Assembly: GCA_026016205.1 (NCBI GenBank)
Contig: CP061209.1
Span: forward strand, 117,469-181,468
Source of the DNA: Methanosarcinales archaeon
GTDB lineage: Archaea; Halobacteriota; UBA148; JAUWXC01
Reading direction: 5' to 3'
DNA length: 64,000 nucleotides
Positions 1 to 10,143 of this stretch are shown one piece after another; positions within the stretch are counted from its first letter, which is position 1, and each line of letters begins with the position of its first letter. The notes under the pieces are model-generated. The model was not told the DNA's origin and did no database searches. It saw nothing but the letters and a program-made list of their open reading frames with translations. Position numbers and translations under genes: made by a program.

Positions 1-339
1 CCGCATGCTTTGGTTTTTTCGCCTCTTCTAACTTCTGTAGATTGGTAGTGGTCGCGCCCCCGTATCCTGACAGCAATCTTGCGTGCTCTGTTAAACAGCC
101 GTCGACTATTGCCTCCTCCTCATCCCATTTGTGTTTTGGCACGACCATCTCTATAGGGCGCCAGCAGAAAATACACCGCTGATTGCACGATAACGTCGGC
201 GTCATCTGCATGCATCTGTGGGAGGAAATCCCATAAAACTTGGATTTGTAGCATGCGCCCTCATCCCTAAGCGATTTCCTGAGCCATAGGCAGGGCTTGA
301 CTGCACTATGTCTGCCAACGATGTGATACCCCTGTTTCT

Positions 340-645
340 TCAGTGTCGCAAATGGCCCAGCAATTTCCTCGTGCAGTCTATCACTTCCTTGGTTGAGAGT
401 ATGATGAACAGAGTCATAAATGTGACCAATGTGCGGAAGTTCAAACCTATGCTATTCTGCAGACTTAGGAGAAGAGATATAAAAGTCAGCACGATGACAC
501 TGATGCCAAAACTCACCACGATTTTTTCTTCTATTTCTAACTCATCCAGCCTGTTCGCTGTGCGCAAGAGATTGAAGCCAGGGACTATAAGCAGAAATAT
601 GAACGATATCATAAACTTCAATACATCGAGCGCTGTTATTTCCAT
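340..645 (-). CDS. small hypothetical membrane protein (about 2 predicted TM helices)
   Basis: 101-aa ORF whose start abuts the stop of the upstream 614-aa membrane protein gene (possible translational coupling); hydrophobic stretches; no recognisable motif. Confidence 0.3.
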   Translation of the reverse strand: MEITALDVLKFMISFIFLLIVPGFNLLRTANRLDELEIEEKIVVSFGISVIVLTFISLLLSLQNSIGLNFRTLVTFMTLFIILSTKEVIDCTRKLLGHLRH

Positions 646-646
646 G

Positions 647-2491
647 TCAGATCACCCTGTAAATTTGGACATTATCATAATCGTATGCTTTTTCAAAATA
701 GTCTGCGTCACGCAGGGTATTGCTAATGGGGTATTTCGCCTCTCTGTGCCCGACGAATACATACGAAACACCTCTTGTGTGCAGGCCTTTATTCAATTGG
801 GGCGCATCCACCTCGTAAAAGAGGCGGTTTATCTTTGACCACTCGTCAACCCCATGATACTGTGTCATGTATAACTGGCCTGCATATGTTATGCGCCTTC
901 CTGTAACCAGCGGAATTCTCGGGAAGTAAGATGGCTCTTCGAGAAATATGGCGTCCTGTAGTGTATTCTCATCAATCCAGTTCAATGCTCGCACTTCATT
1001 TACATCTGCATGGACATATGTGCTGCCTGCATAAAATCCGACGAGCATTACAGTAGAGGGCAGTATGAGGAGTATTGCCAGCAGTGGGAGGCATTTCCTC
1101 GGTGATGGCAGCCTGTCGTATAGGTCATGTATGCAGTAGCCTGAAAATATCGAGGCGGGTATAGTCAGATACACGAGAAAGCGGTATGTGTTCTGGGTTA
1201 GCGGCAGGGTGATTATGTTCAGTATTGTAAACAATAGTAAACCAAAAACCAGTAGGTTATGTGCTTTCTTATTGCCAAACGATCTCCATGCTCCAACGAT
1301 GCTAAGTGGCACCAACACCCCAAGTGCCATGATGGTGGAGAAGAGAACATTTGGATGGTGTGCAATCGTAAGTTGTGATGGTGCGTTTTCCGGAAACAGA
1401 GTCAGCTGAAATGCCGCAACAATGGAAGCGACCATCAATACAATCGCGTTAACCCTTAACTTTTCTTTGTCCTTTAAACCCAACAGCGCATACAGAGCAA
1501 TCAAAACGAAAAGCGGAAATGCTGAGATGAGATGGTAGTATGCCAGAATCCCCAAGGATGCTCCACTCAAGACCGCCATCCTGTTGGAGTTTTCAGTGGT
1601 GGAGTAAAGCCATGTATATAAAATAAAAATCATCATGGCCAGGGCGAATGCCTGCGTCTGGGGCATAAGATAGAACAACAGGGTTGGGTCGTATTTTAGC
1701 ATGGTTATGCCATCGAAATTGTATATGAGTGCCTGAAACAGGTCAATTTGTCCATGATGCAGTGCTATGTACAGCCATGATAAGCCCCCAGTGAAGATGT
1801 AAATCAGAGATGCACACACGGCTGCGCCCCTGTCAAACACATATTCTACAAGAAGATACATGCTCAGGAACAAGGTGAATAGCAGTATTGGGAAGACGAT
1901 TTTAACCATCGAGAATGGCTGGATGCCTGTTAACCTGCACATCTCGCCCATAAAGACGTGTCCTAACCAATTGTATGGAATGTGGTATCCTGGGAGGTAA
2001 GGGTCCTCTGGAGGTATTTGGGGTGCATTGATGTAGCGCTGTATGATGGACAGGTGGTAATTCAAATCCGATGCATGGGTTGGGTTGGCTATGAGGCCTT
2101 CGGCGGTGAACGTGAAGCAGTTTAGAAGCGGGAAAAATACGATCAGGGCTGCAATTATTCCTAGTAAAATGATAATGCAGTCATGTCTACTGGATTGCAC
2201 TGCGAATTCTTTATTCAATAGGCAGGCTGATGACCCAATAATGAATAGGCCCAGAACCACCTGTATCATATCCGGGCCGATAAAACGCATGAGTACGGTG
2301 ACAACAGGAATCATCACCAAAGACAACGTGATGGACGCTGCGAGCATCTCGATGATGCTAAACCGCTTTTTCATATGCGCATACACGCAAAATCCCGGGA
2401 AGAACAGCAGGAGCGGTAGCGATACGAAGCCAATGGGTATCATCACTAATATGCCTGCTAGAATGCCAGCTATCCCTAGTTTTTTCATCAT
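647..2491 (-). CDS. polytopic membrane glycosyltransferase-like protein (GT-C/ArnT-PMT-like architecture) with C-terminal extracytoplasmic domain
   Basis: 614 aa, more than 10 hydrophobic helices followed by ~150-aa soluble C-terminal domain ending in '...YDNVQIYRVI'; sits next to an SMR-like flippase and a GT2 Dpm1-like gene (Arn/Gtr logic). GT-C assignment is inference from topology and context. Confidence 0.5.
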   Translation of the reverse strand: MMKKLGIAGILAGILVMIPIGFVSLPLLLFFPGFCVYAHMKKRFSIIEMLAASITLSLVMIPVVTVLMRFIGPDMIQVVLGLFIIGSSACLLNKEFAVQSSRHDCIIILLGIIAALIVFFPLLNCFTFTAEGLIANPTHASDLNYHLSIIQRYINAPQIPPEDPYLPGYHIPYNWLGHVFMGEMCRLTGIQPFSMVKIVFPILLFTLFLSMYLLVEYVFDRGAAVCASLIYIFTGGLSWLYIALHHGQIDLFQALIYNFDGITMLKYDPTLLFYLMPQTQAFALAMMIFILYTWLYSTTENSNRMAVLSGASLGILAYYHLISAFPLFVLIALYALLGLKDKEKLRVNAIVLMVASIVAAFQLTLFPENAPSQLTIAHHPNVLFSTIMALGVLVPLSIVGAWRSFGNKKAHNLLVFGLLLFTILNIITLPLTQNTYRFLVYLTIPASIFSGYCIHDLYDRLPSPRKCLPLLAILLILPSTVMLVGFYAGSTYVHADVNEVRALNWIDENTLQDAIFLEEPSYFPRIPLVTGRRITYAGQLYMTQYHGVDEWSKINRLFYEVDAPQLNKGLHTRGVSYVFVGHREAKYPISNTLRDADYFEKAYDYDNVQIYRVI

Positions 2492-3495
2492 GTTTCCACC
2501 TTACTCAAGTGTTCGTCCAGACACTTTAATGAATAAAAAAGACCGAAACCGGCAAAAATCACCATGCACTCCACCCAAAACGTAAAGAATCGGTCCATGA
2601 ATATGCTTACACCAAACAACTCGTTCTTCGTCAACAACAGTGTTACAACGAACCAGGATAGCATTAGAAGTTTACAATCTCTTGACACGTGAGTCGAAAG
2701 AAATGTGCGTATAAATCCAATTATGGAAAACGGAATTACAACGAGTCCGGCTCTGGCAAATAACTTCCAGTCGACGACTATGCCCTCATGATACTTGACC
2801 TGTGATATGTTGAAGATATTCAGCGTTTGCATGGTGTACAGTTGCCAGACTCCATATGTGGCGCAGGCGGCGAGGAATGGCACAAATGCCAGCAGGAATT
2901 TATCTCTATCTTTAATCTGTAGGATGGAATACGCCAGCAACGTCAGCGCGAGAACGAGCAACGTCATCTGGTGTGTCAAAGCCGTTGCCATCGCTGCCAA
3001 TATGCTAAGCAATCTTTGCTCCCTGATTACAAAATACAGCGTGAGAGGAATCATGAATAGGCCTAACAACTGGGGCAGCGCCCTTGACGTGAAAATTGTC
3101 AGCTCTGGAGACAGCACAAAGAAAAAAGCCGCACATAGCCCAACGTAGTGATTGCTATAAATCCGATAGGCAAGGGCATAAACCATCATGATGATAAAGA
3201 TGGCAATGGCAATCGTCATTATGCCGGAAAGGGGCATTGGGTCAACATTGGATACTATTGCAAGAGAGGCGATTAGCAGCCTGTATGCCGGGACGTAAAA
3301 GTGTCTGAAGCCCCCGCCATACGATAATTCATACAACGGATAGTGCATCGTCTCTATCGTCTTTCTAATAATCCCAACGTGGTACATCGTATTCCCGAAT
3401 GTTGGAATAATGTAGCCCTTCAATATCGGAGCCCTATACCATAACGCTGCGCATATAATGGCAAACAACAAAATCTGCCTGTCCTTTATCTTCAA
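2488..3495 (-). CDS. polytopic membrane protein, paralogous to the TM region of the 647-2491 product
   Basis: 335 aa, multi-TM; 4-nt overlap with upstream ORF 3492-4013; same cluster. Confidence 0.45.
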   Translation of the reverse strand: MKIKDRQILLFAIICAALWYRAPILKGYIIPTFGNTMYHVGIIRKTIETMHYPLYELSYGGGFRHFYVPAYRLLIASLAIVSNVDPMPLSGIMTIAIAIFIIMMVYALAYRIYSNHYVGLCAAFFFVLSPELTIFTSRALPQLLGLFMIPLTLYFVIREQRLLSILAAMATALTHQMTLLVLALTLLAYSILQIKDRDKFLLAFVPFLAACATYGVWQLYTMQTLNIFNISQVKYHEGIVVDWKLFARAGLVVIPFSIIGFIRTFLSTHVSRDCKLLMLSWFVVTLLLTKNELFGVSIFMDRFFTFWVECMVIFAGFGLFYSLKCLDEHLSKVET

Positions 3496-4013
3496 TATAC
3501 CACCCTATAGATTTGAACATCATGGTTTTCATATGCCAGTTCAAAGTAATTTGGATTGCTGAATTTTGTAACCTCAACATCTTTCCAACCATATCCGGCG
3601 TGTATTTGCCTTTGCAGCGGGACGAAAACATAGGTGCAGTTATATTTCTTGCATAGGCTGGACGCCTCGCCAGGAGATTTGGTGAGGTATATCTTTTCTG
3701 CGTCTGCCATGTTCTGTGTAGCATTTTGGGCATTTGCCCAGTCACCGCCCACGATTGGAACTCTCGTGGTCATGCCCATGATTAACTCGCCGCCGAATAT
3801 GTCAGCGACAAACCTGTCATCTGGCGAGGTGCGCTCGGTTATCCAGGTGGTTGCTTCAACTTCACCTTTGGTGACGCATTGCGCCAGCCATGGATCTGCC
3901 TGCCCATCTATGTGCATCTCCCCTATGCCTACTCCTTTTAACTGCACAACTCCGGCGATGACTAAAATGGAAACTATTGCTATAACAAGAATGTTCTTCC
4001 AAGATTTTTTCAT
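3492..4013 (-). CDS. signal-anchored extracytoplasmic domain protein, homologous to the C-terminal domain of the 647-2491 product
   Basis: 173 aa; N-terminal hydrophobic anchor MKKSWKNILVIAIVSILVIAG; ends '...YENHDVQIYRVVY', matching the C-terminus of the 614-aa protein ('YDYDNVQIYRVI') and preceding 'GYGWKDV/YVFVG' blocks. Confidence 0.5.
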   Translation of the reverse strand: MKKSWKNILVIAIVSILVIAGVVQLKGVGIGEMHIDGQADPWLAQCVTKGEVEATTWITERTSPDDRFVADIFGGELIMGMTTRVPIVGGDWANAQNATQNMADAEKIYLTKSPGEASSLCKKYNCTYVFVPLQRQIHAGYGWKDVEVTKFSNPNYFELAYENHDVQIYRVVY

Positions 4014-4109
4014 ATCAAATTAAACTGGTAAACAGCATACGTAAAAGTTTCTACAATCTAATCTAATCTACCACCCAATTTATAAGTGCAAAGGGATTAA
4101 GATGGAGAT

Positions 4110-4469
4110 GTGGTTGTTATGGTCGAACAAACCGAAACATGGGCGATATTGGTCGTTGCAGTTTGTGCCATCATCGGTGCAATAGGGCAGTTGTTTTTTA
4201 AGATAGGCTCCTCAACAGTGTCAATGGACATCATCTCGTGGATATTTAATACAAAAATAATCGTAGGGTTCGTTTTGTATGCTGTATCGAGTATATTCTT
4301 CATATTTGCCCTGAAACATGGGAGTCTGAGCGTGCTTTACCCCGTCATTGCCACGAGCTACATCTGGATGGCATTACTCGCTATGATATTCTTGGGCGAA
4401 ACGATGACATTCGGTAGGTGGGGGGGCATTGGACTGATACTTCTAGGCGTCTATCTGATTGTAAGGTAA
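4110..4469 (+). CDS. 4-TM SMR/EamA-like small transporter (ArnE/ArnF-like lipid-linked sugar flippase subunit)
   Basis: 119 aa, 4 hydrophobic helices; C-terminal half 'LKHGSLSVLYPVIATSYIWMALLAMIFLGETMTFGRWGGIGLILLGVYLI' is typical of DMT/SMR ArnE-type proteins; immediately upstream of a GT2 gene. Confidence 0.55.
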   Translation: MVVMVEQTETWAILVVAVCAIIGAIGQLFFKIGSSTVSMDIISWIFNTKIIVGFVLYAVSSIFFIFALKHGSLSVLYPVIATSYIWMALLAMIFLGETMTFGRWGGIGLILLGVYLIVR

Positions 4470-4473
4470 TAGA

Positions 4474-5175
4474 ATGAAATCCATTTCGCTCATCATCCCC
4501 GCATACAACGAGGAGAAGAGGATAGACGGCACACTAACTGATTATCAGGCGTTTGCAAGGCAGAACTATGGCGATTATGAAATGTTCGTGGTGTGCGATG
4601 GTTGCACGGACAGGACCCCAAAAATCGTGAAAGAATTCTGCAGACAGAATCCGCGCATAAAACTTCTTGAATTCCCCCACAAATTAGGGAAGGGTGGCGG
4701 TGTATTGAAGGGCTTCACGGCTGCCGGAAGCGATGTAATCGGATTCGTGGATGCTGATGGCGCTGTTTCGCCCGAGGAATTTGATAAACTGGTAAAAGCG
4801 CTAGATGGAGCAGACTGTGCTATTGCATCTCGGCATATAATGACATCTAAAATACTGGCCAAGCAATCGCTCATGAGAAGGGCTGCAAGCAGGGGCTTCA
4901 ATCTGCTCGTCAGAATGGTGTTCGGTCTGCCGTTCAAGGATACACAGTGCGGAGCCAAGGTCATGAAAAAGAGCGTCGTTGATAGTGTATTGCCGAAGAT
5001 TATGTTGCGAGGATATGAGTTTGACGTCGAGTTGCTGTGGAAAATTAAGAAAAGCGGTTACGTCATCAAGGAAGTCCCGATAACATGGCGACATATGGGG
5101 AATTCAACGTTCAGCCTGAAATGTGCTCCCCGAATGTTTTTTAATCTGTTGAAAGTGCGATTTGGTATGCGTTGA
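4474..5175 (+). CDS. GT2 polyprenyl-phosphate glycosyltransferase (Dpm1/ArnC/GtrB-like)
   Basis: 'LIIPAYNEE', 'FVDADG', 'TQCGAK' motifs typical of dolichyl/undecaprenyl-phosphate sugar synthases; 233 aa. Confidence 0.75.
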   Translation: MKSISLIIPAYNEEKRIDGTLTDYQAFARQNYGDYEMFVVCDGCTDRTPKIVKEFCRQNPRIKLLEFPHKLGKGGGVLKGFTAAGSDVIGFVDADGAVSPEEFDKLVKALDGADCAIASRHIMTSKILAKQSLMRRAASRGFNLLVRMVFGLPFKDTQCGAKVMKKSVVDSVLPKIMLRGYEFDVELLWKIKKSGYVIKEVPITWRHMGNSTFSLKCAPRMFFNLLKVRFGMR

Positions 5176-5215
5176 CCGGATCGTATGGGACGAGAATTTA
5201 ACGGAGTGTAATGTG

Positions 5216-5395
5216 ATGGTCAAGAAAATTAAAAAGAAAATTAAGAGTGTTGAAACCCCTTTGGGATTACAACTCTCCAAACTCTCTGAGTTGGGAAACG
5301 AAGAAGGATATGAAATGCGAAGTGAAGTCCGTAAACACTTCGAGAAGACCATGAAGGAACGGCATAAGTTACTTAAGAGTCTCGCAGAGAAGTGA
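5216..5395 (+). CDS. small Lys-rich hypothetical protein
   Basis: internal Met of ORF 5162-5395; highly basic; no motif recognised. Confidence 0.2.
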   Translation: MVKKIKKKIKSVETPLGLQLSKLSELGNEEGYEMRSEVRKHFEKTMKERHKLLKSLAEK

Positions 5396-5512
5396 TTTTT
5401 ACATCCCTTAAATTTAACGAACAACATCTAAAATTCAACGTACCTTGATGGTAATCTTTTTGCCCGTCATAGGCACCAATTTTTGAGCTTCATCTCAACA
5501 TCCTCATCAACT

Positions 5513-6109
5513 TCATAAATGTAAAAGTTGCTTGCAAATTCTCAAATCGTCAATCGTGTTCACGTTGACCGCTAATTCCTGATATTTTAGTACAAGTCTA
5601 TGTTCTTCCTGCCCCTCTTTTATCAAGCCCCCATCCAAGATGTTCACCCCAGCTGGCACAATCAACTCCTCATCGATATTAAGTACGGTAGACGGTCGGA
5701 TACTAGCATCTTTACATACCGAGATGGGGACGTAAACGGATAGCGCTGGCTTATTTATCTTCCAGTATACATCGATGATTTCATCAATCAATTTGGCGGA
5801 TAGAAGAGGTAAATCAGACATCACGACGAGAAACGGAGTCCTAAGCCCAAGAATCTCCGTCGCCTCTACCAAATCAGATACGTATCCAATACCTTTTGTT
5901 TCGACCACTTCTATGCGCATATTTTCTAGATATTTTCGCGTCTCCAGCGTATGTGGGGAGGTTGCCACAAAAATTTTATCAACTCCATCGCTTTGGTGAA
6001 GTGCATCCAGGACGTACGATATCATTGGTTTTCCGCACAGGCTTATCAGTGGTTTCTCTCCTTTGCCCAGCCTATTTCCAGGTCCGCCAGCCATTACAAG
6101 AGCGTCCAT
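5513..6109 (-). CDS. cobY: adenosylcobinamide-phosphate guanylyltransferase, archaeal type
   Basis: N-terminus 'MDALVMAGGPGNRLGKGEKPLISLCGKPMISYV' matches the archaeal CobY nucleotidyltransferase family (about 196 aa); lies in the cobamide cluster. Confidence 0.75.
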   Translation of the reverse strand: MDALVMAGGPGNRLGKGEKPLISLCGKPMISYVLDALHQSDGVDKIFVATSPHTLETRKYLENMRIEVVETKGIGYVSDLVEATEILGLRTPFLVVMSDLPLLSAKLIDEIIDVYWKINKPALSVYVPISVCKDASIRPSTVLNIDEELIVPAGVNILDGGLIKEGQEEHRLVLKYQELAVNVNTIDDLRICKQLLHL

Positions 6110-6840
6110 GTCATCACTCCTATGGATATCAGTGCCACCATGCGCCCTGTTTCATTGATTGCCCCGAGAACGTCACCATTGACCCCTCCAAAGTTGCGGC
6201 TGGCAATATACACTATTAAAAGCGCAGACAGTAACGCAGACACTATAGCAAGCATACCACCCACACCTAACGCAAGCCAGCATACAATACAAGAAAAAAT
6301 CAATCCAGCCAAGAAATCGCGATGTCTGACATTGTCGATGAACATCGACCCCATCCCTTTATGTATGCTCTTTCCAAACATCGCTGCTGTGAGCATGGAT
6401 TGTTTGGCGATAATTTCTGCTATCAGAATGGCAAATAACAAGTTCTGCCCTATTGCAGCTATGACTGAAAACAGAATCAGCAACGACATTACGCAAAAAA
6501 CAGTGCCGCCAACCCCGGTGGTCGTATCGTGCATAATACTGACTCTTTCTTCGGGGGTGCCGTGCGCAGTAATGGCATCTCCAAAGTCTATCAGCCCATC
6601 CATATGATTTAATCCCGTAATGCAGTACAGGGCGAGGACGAGTAACGCCGAGCATAGATATGGCGGCAGGTGTTGAAGCACAAGCCCAATGCTGCCAACT
6701 ATCAGGCCAATTAAGGCACCCAAAGGAGGAAATAGATACATCCGTTTGCCAAGTTTTTGCAGCCCATCCACATCGATTCCGACCGGGATGGTCGTTAGAA
6801 AACCTGCGCCCGCCCTGACGGCATGAAGAAAATCATTCAT
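6094..6840 (-). CDS. cobS: adenosylcobinamide-GDP ribazoletransferase (cobalamin synthase)
   Basis: polytopic membrane protein; 'AGAGFLTTIPV...' N-terminus typical of CobS; start chosen at the internal Met (MNDFLHAV). Confidence 0.8.
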   Translation of the reverse strand: MNDFLHAVRAGAGFLTTIPVGIDVDGLQKLGKRMYLFPPLGALIGLIVGSIGLVLQHLPPYLCSALLVLALYCITGLNHMDGLIDFGDAITAHGTPEERVSIMHDTTTGVGGTVFCVMSLLILFSVIAAIGQNLLFAILIAEIIAKQSMLTAAMFGKSIHKGMGSMFIDNVRHRDFLAGLIFSCIVCWLALGVGGMLAIVSALLSALLIVYIASRNFGGVNGDVLGAINETGRMVALISIGVMTWTLL

Positions 6841-7909
6841 TTTTCTCCACTCGTGCTGCAACATCATACATCCTGGCCGAGACTCCGCCAATCAACCCAG
6901 CAATTACATCATCCATAAACGGTCCCAGCTCTGCAAGTATGCCCGGCTTTGCTTTGTCGTACCGAATGTACTCAAATAACCCCTTATAGCCGCCGATGTA
7001 CTTTGAGATACTCATTCCAAGGACTTCATCGGCGACGAGGGATGTAAGGTCATTTTCATATCCTCTAAGGTTGAGCATACCCCTCTTTGCATCTCTTTCG
7101 AGAGCAATTCCCGCATAAATCAAAGCGCACACGTTTGGATCCGCCAGCGCATTGTTTAATTCATCTACGAATATTTGTTCTGCCTTCTCGCCAGATTCTA
7201 TCTTAGGATGAGGAACAAAGAGTGACAGGGCAGCCTCTACAATCTTGGGCAACGTTACTCCCAACTCTTCCAGTCTCTGCCTAATGGGTCTGCCTACGGA
7301 GACGTGCTCTTGTTTTTGAAGTGCCTGTAGCGTTGCATTTTTGATTGTATTATAAATCATCTTGCCAAGCGTTGTAGCAGTTCCGGCATATTCTATTCTT
7401 TCGCCTTTGCCCGTGCAGGCAATTGTCACCGTGTCTGTGCTTGTTCCAGTCGCTACGCCTGTACCGCTTCTCACATCTAAAAGTTGCAGGGCAAGGCACT
7501 TACCTTCTGTGGCGGTGATTATAGCGTTTACCATACATGATAGCGTAAGATTACCATCTATCAATAGAATCGTGTTAATCGTATTATTAGATAGGCCTGC
7601 CGTAACGATGGCACAAACCGTCAACCCTCCCCTCTCTTCAAAAATTATTCCAGGATCGTCCACGCGGGCAGCAGTCATCAGCCCTATTGTAGACTCTGGC
7701 AATCCCTGTTCTTCAATAACCTGTCTCAGTTTTGCCTTGGGTTCCATATTAAAATTCTTCTCAACTTGATGATTTATTATCGCTGTCGCCTGGTTGAAAC
7801 CACCATTTAACGCCGCAGAACTCAGAATACAAAGGGGCCTCTCTGACGTCATCACAAGTGTTTTCTTTTTTACCTTCACCTGGATTCCATCTATTGGAAT
7901 CTTCAACAT
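6833..7909 (-). CDS. cbiZ: CbiZ-CobZ fusion: adenosylcobinamide amidohydrolase (CbiZ) fused to a PgpA-like alpha-ribazole-phosphate phosphatase (CobZ)
   Basis: N-terminal ~210 aa CbiZ-like; C-terminus '...GPFMDDVIAGLIGGV' matches the PgpA/CobZ C-terminal 'DDxVAG' block; a CbiZ-CobZ fusion is described for Methanosarcina. Exact start uncertain. Confidence 0.6.
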   Translation of the reverse strand: MLKIPIDGIQVKVKKKTLVMTSERPLCILSSAALNGGFNQATAIINHQVEKNFNMEPKAKLRQVIEEQGLPESTIGLMTAARVDDPGIIFEERGGLTVCAIVTAGLSNNTINTILLIDGNLTLSCMVNAIITATEGKCLALQLLDVRSGTGVATGTSTDTVTIACTGKGERIEYAGTATTLGKMIYNTIKNATLQALQKQEHVSVGRPIRQRLEELGVTLPKIVEAALSLFVPHPKIESGEKAEQIFVDELNNALADPNVCALIYAGIALERDAKRGMLNLRGYENDLTSLVADEVLGMSISKYIGGYKGLFEYIRYDKAKPGILAELGPFMDDVIAGLIGGVSARMYDVAARVEKNE

Positions 7910-7912
7910 CGT

Positions 7913-8815
7913 TTACATCACCAGTGGTAGTTTTGTGTAATAGAGTATGAATAAGGCTGACGCGATGATAATTATAGATGACGTTCTCATTATTTGAACC
8001 GCCTTCTTTATTTGCTGTGGCTCTGGTAGTGCAAACTCATCTCCTAAGACATAACAAAACGGCTTTTTAAGAGACACACCTAATGCACCGGCAATCGCGG
8101 CCATTGGCCACCCAGAATTTGGACTTGCGGTTTGGTCATGATCCCGTCTTGATACTCTCAGAGCAGAAAGGGGTGAACCATGGAAGGCTGATGCCATAGT
8201 AATAAAAAGCACCGACAATCTTGCTGGTATGTAGTTTACTACATCATCCAATCTTGCGGAAGCCCATCCGAAATCGCCCTGGTTTTTGTATCCAAACATG
8301 GAATCCAAAGTGTTTATTGCCTTGTACCCCAATGCCCCTGGTAACCCGAAGAGCGCGAAGTAAAATATTGGCGACAGTATTCCGTCTACGAAGTTCTCTG
8401 CGATTGATTCTATGGTAGCAGAACACATCTCCTCTTTTGTAAGTCTTTCGGGCTCTCTCCCAACCAGTGCAGGTAGCTCTTTTTTAGCACTGACAAGCTC
8501 ATCCCTCTCAAGATGTCTATATACCCTGGTTGCAGTATCTGTTAGGCATGTGATGGAAAACGTTGACTTCAAGACATATGCTGATACGAGCATGCCGATG
8601 GCACCGTGCATAAGAGTGCACAAATATCCACCTAACGCGGCGATGCTGGGTATGGTCAGAGCCAACACACATCCAGATAGTTTTGATTTATTTAGATGAA
8701 TTCGTACAGCATCTATCAGTTTACCGATCCAAACCACAGGGTGGAACATTTCACGAGGCTCGCCAAAGAGTAGGTCCATTCCTATTGCGAGAGCCAACAC
8801 CATTTCCCAGTTCAT
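7913..8815 (-). CDS. cbiB: adenosylcobinamide-phosphate synthase
   Basis: membrane protein; 'LALAIGMDLLFGEP...HPVVWIGKLI' is the typical CbiB/CobD N-terminus; 4-nt overlap with upstream cobD. Confidence 0.8.
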   Translation of the reverse strand: MNWEMVLALAIGMDLLFGEPREMFHPVVWIGKLIDAVRIHLNKSKLSGCVLALTIPSIAALGGYLCTLMHGAIGMLVSAYVLKSTFSITCLTDTATRVYRHLERDELVSAKKELPALVGREPERLTKEEMCSATIESIAENFVDGILSPIFYFALFGLPGALGYKAINTLDSMFGYKNQGDFGWASARLDDVVNYIPARLSVLFITMASAFHGSPLSALRVSRRDHDQTASPNSGWPMAAIAGALGVSLKKPFCYVLGDEFALPEPQQIKKAVQIMRTSSIIIIASALFILYYTKLPLVM

Positions 8816-10143
8816 AATCGCCTCTCTATGATTTTCCATGCTTCACTTAAATCATCACCAGCGAGAAGACTGTCCAGCACCTCTTGTGCTACATCAGGTT
8901 CGTGAATGATGTTGCAGTTGATACAGCTCCATGCGATCCCGCCTGTAGTTTTTTCTACATATTTTCCGAGACGCTCATCCTTACAGGGGTAGAAAGGGCA
9001 GAAACAGAACGTGCAATCCTGTCCTTTGAAATGGCACGGATAATGTTCGCAACTCTCTCTTGCCTTTGAATCAATGACTCGTTTTAATGCAGCAACAAGT
9101 TTCTCATTCTCCTCCCTTGTTCTCACAGCCACTCTGATGTAATGTCTCCTCAATGGCTTGAACGAATTACAGTCCCTAATCAAGATGCCATGATAAAGCA
9201 TGCGCTGCTTCAGCTCGCCAGAACTAAAATCAGTGCCGCTGATGTCAAGCAGAATGAAGTTCACCTTACTTTGCAAAGGTCGCATGCCAGTTACATCACT
9301 CAATTGATTTGTCAACCATTCCCGCTCTCTTTTTATCAACTTGCGTGATCGATCCAAGTATTTTGGTGTTTCAGGAGCTTGAAGAAGATAGGTGCCAATT
9401 ACATCGGCAAAGGTGTTTATGTTCCACGAGAGTCGCGCTCTATTGAGCCATTCGATTAGCTGGGCAGGGCCAACACCATACCCAATCCTAACGCCTGGAA
9501 TGGCGAAGCACTTTGTCAGCGATCGTAACACGAAGACAAAATCTTTTTTTGTAGCTATGTCAGCGATGCTTTGCTCTGGGTCAGAAAGCTCGATAAAAGT
9601 TTCATCCACGAAAAGAAAAGTCTTATTTTTTGAACAACGTCTTGCCAGCTCTATTAACGTCTCCTTAAGAAGTAAATCTCCTGTAGGATTGTTTGGGTTG
9701 CATACGTAGAGGATCTTGGACTCCTTTAACATGCCGTCAGTTATTTGATCGTTCTTGATCGCTTCGTATTCGATGAACAAGGGCTTTGCGCCGAACAATC
9801 TGGATTGAAATTCATATTCACCAAAAGTTGGACAAGGAATGATCACTTGATCGCCCTTTTCAATAATCGTTTCGGCGAATAGTCTAATTATTTCTGTTGA
9901 GCCGTTTCCCAGAACTATGTTAGCTGCATCTACGCCTACGAAGTTTGCCGCCGCCTCTCTCAACGTTGTATATTGATTATCTGGATACCGATCAATTCGT
10001 TCGTATGCAGATAGCAACGCATCTTTCACATCCAGCTTGAGCGGATTGACATTGGTGCTAAAATCGGTTACTCCGTTGCTCGTTGCACCACCGTGGGGGC
10101 ATCGCTCTAGCGTCAATGCTTCTTTTCTGACGAGATCCCTCAT
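8812..10143 (-). CDS. cobD: L-threonine-O-3-phosphate decarboxylase (class I/II aminotransferase fold) with C-terminal Cys-rich metal-binding extension
   Basis: HisC-like PLP fold ('NPNNPTG', 'SLTKCFAIPGVRIGY'); C-terminal ~70 aa 'CEHYPCHFKGQDCTFCFCPFYPC...WSCINC' (10 Cys), as reported for the bifunctional Methanosarcina CobD. Confidence 0.8.
   Translation of the reverse strand: MRDLVRKEALTLERCPHGGATSNGVTDFSTNVNPLKLDVKDALLSAYERIDRYPDNQYTTLREAAANFVGVDAANIVLGNGSTEIIRLFAETIIEKGDQVIIPCPTFGEYEFQSRLFGAKPLFIEYEAIKNDQITDGMLKESKILYVCNPNNPTGDLLLKETLIELARRCSKNKTFLFVDETFIELSDPEQSIADIATKKDFVFVLRSLTKCFAIPGVRIGYGVGPAQLIEWLNRARLSWNINTFADVIGTYLLQAPETPKYLDRSRKLIKREREWLTNQLSDVTGMRPLQSKVNFILLDISGTDFSSGELKQRMLYHGILIRDCNSFKPLRRHYIRVAVRTREENEKLVAALKRVIDSKARESCEHYPCHFKGQDCTFCFCPFYPCKDERLGKYVEKTTGGIAWSCINCNIIHEPDVAQEVLDSLLAGDDLSEAWKIIERRL

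Noticed and set aside
308-838. 176-aa plus-strand ORF overlapping the 614-aa membrane protein gene
   Set aside because: Antisense to a long, well-supported membrane protein gene and to the small ORF 340-645; no motif. Likely a spurious frame.
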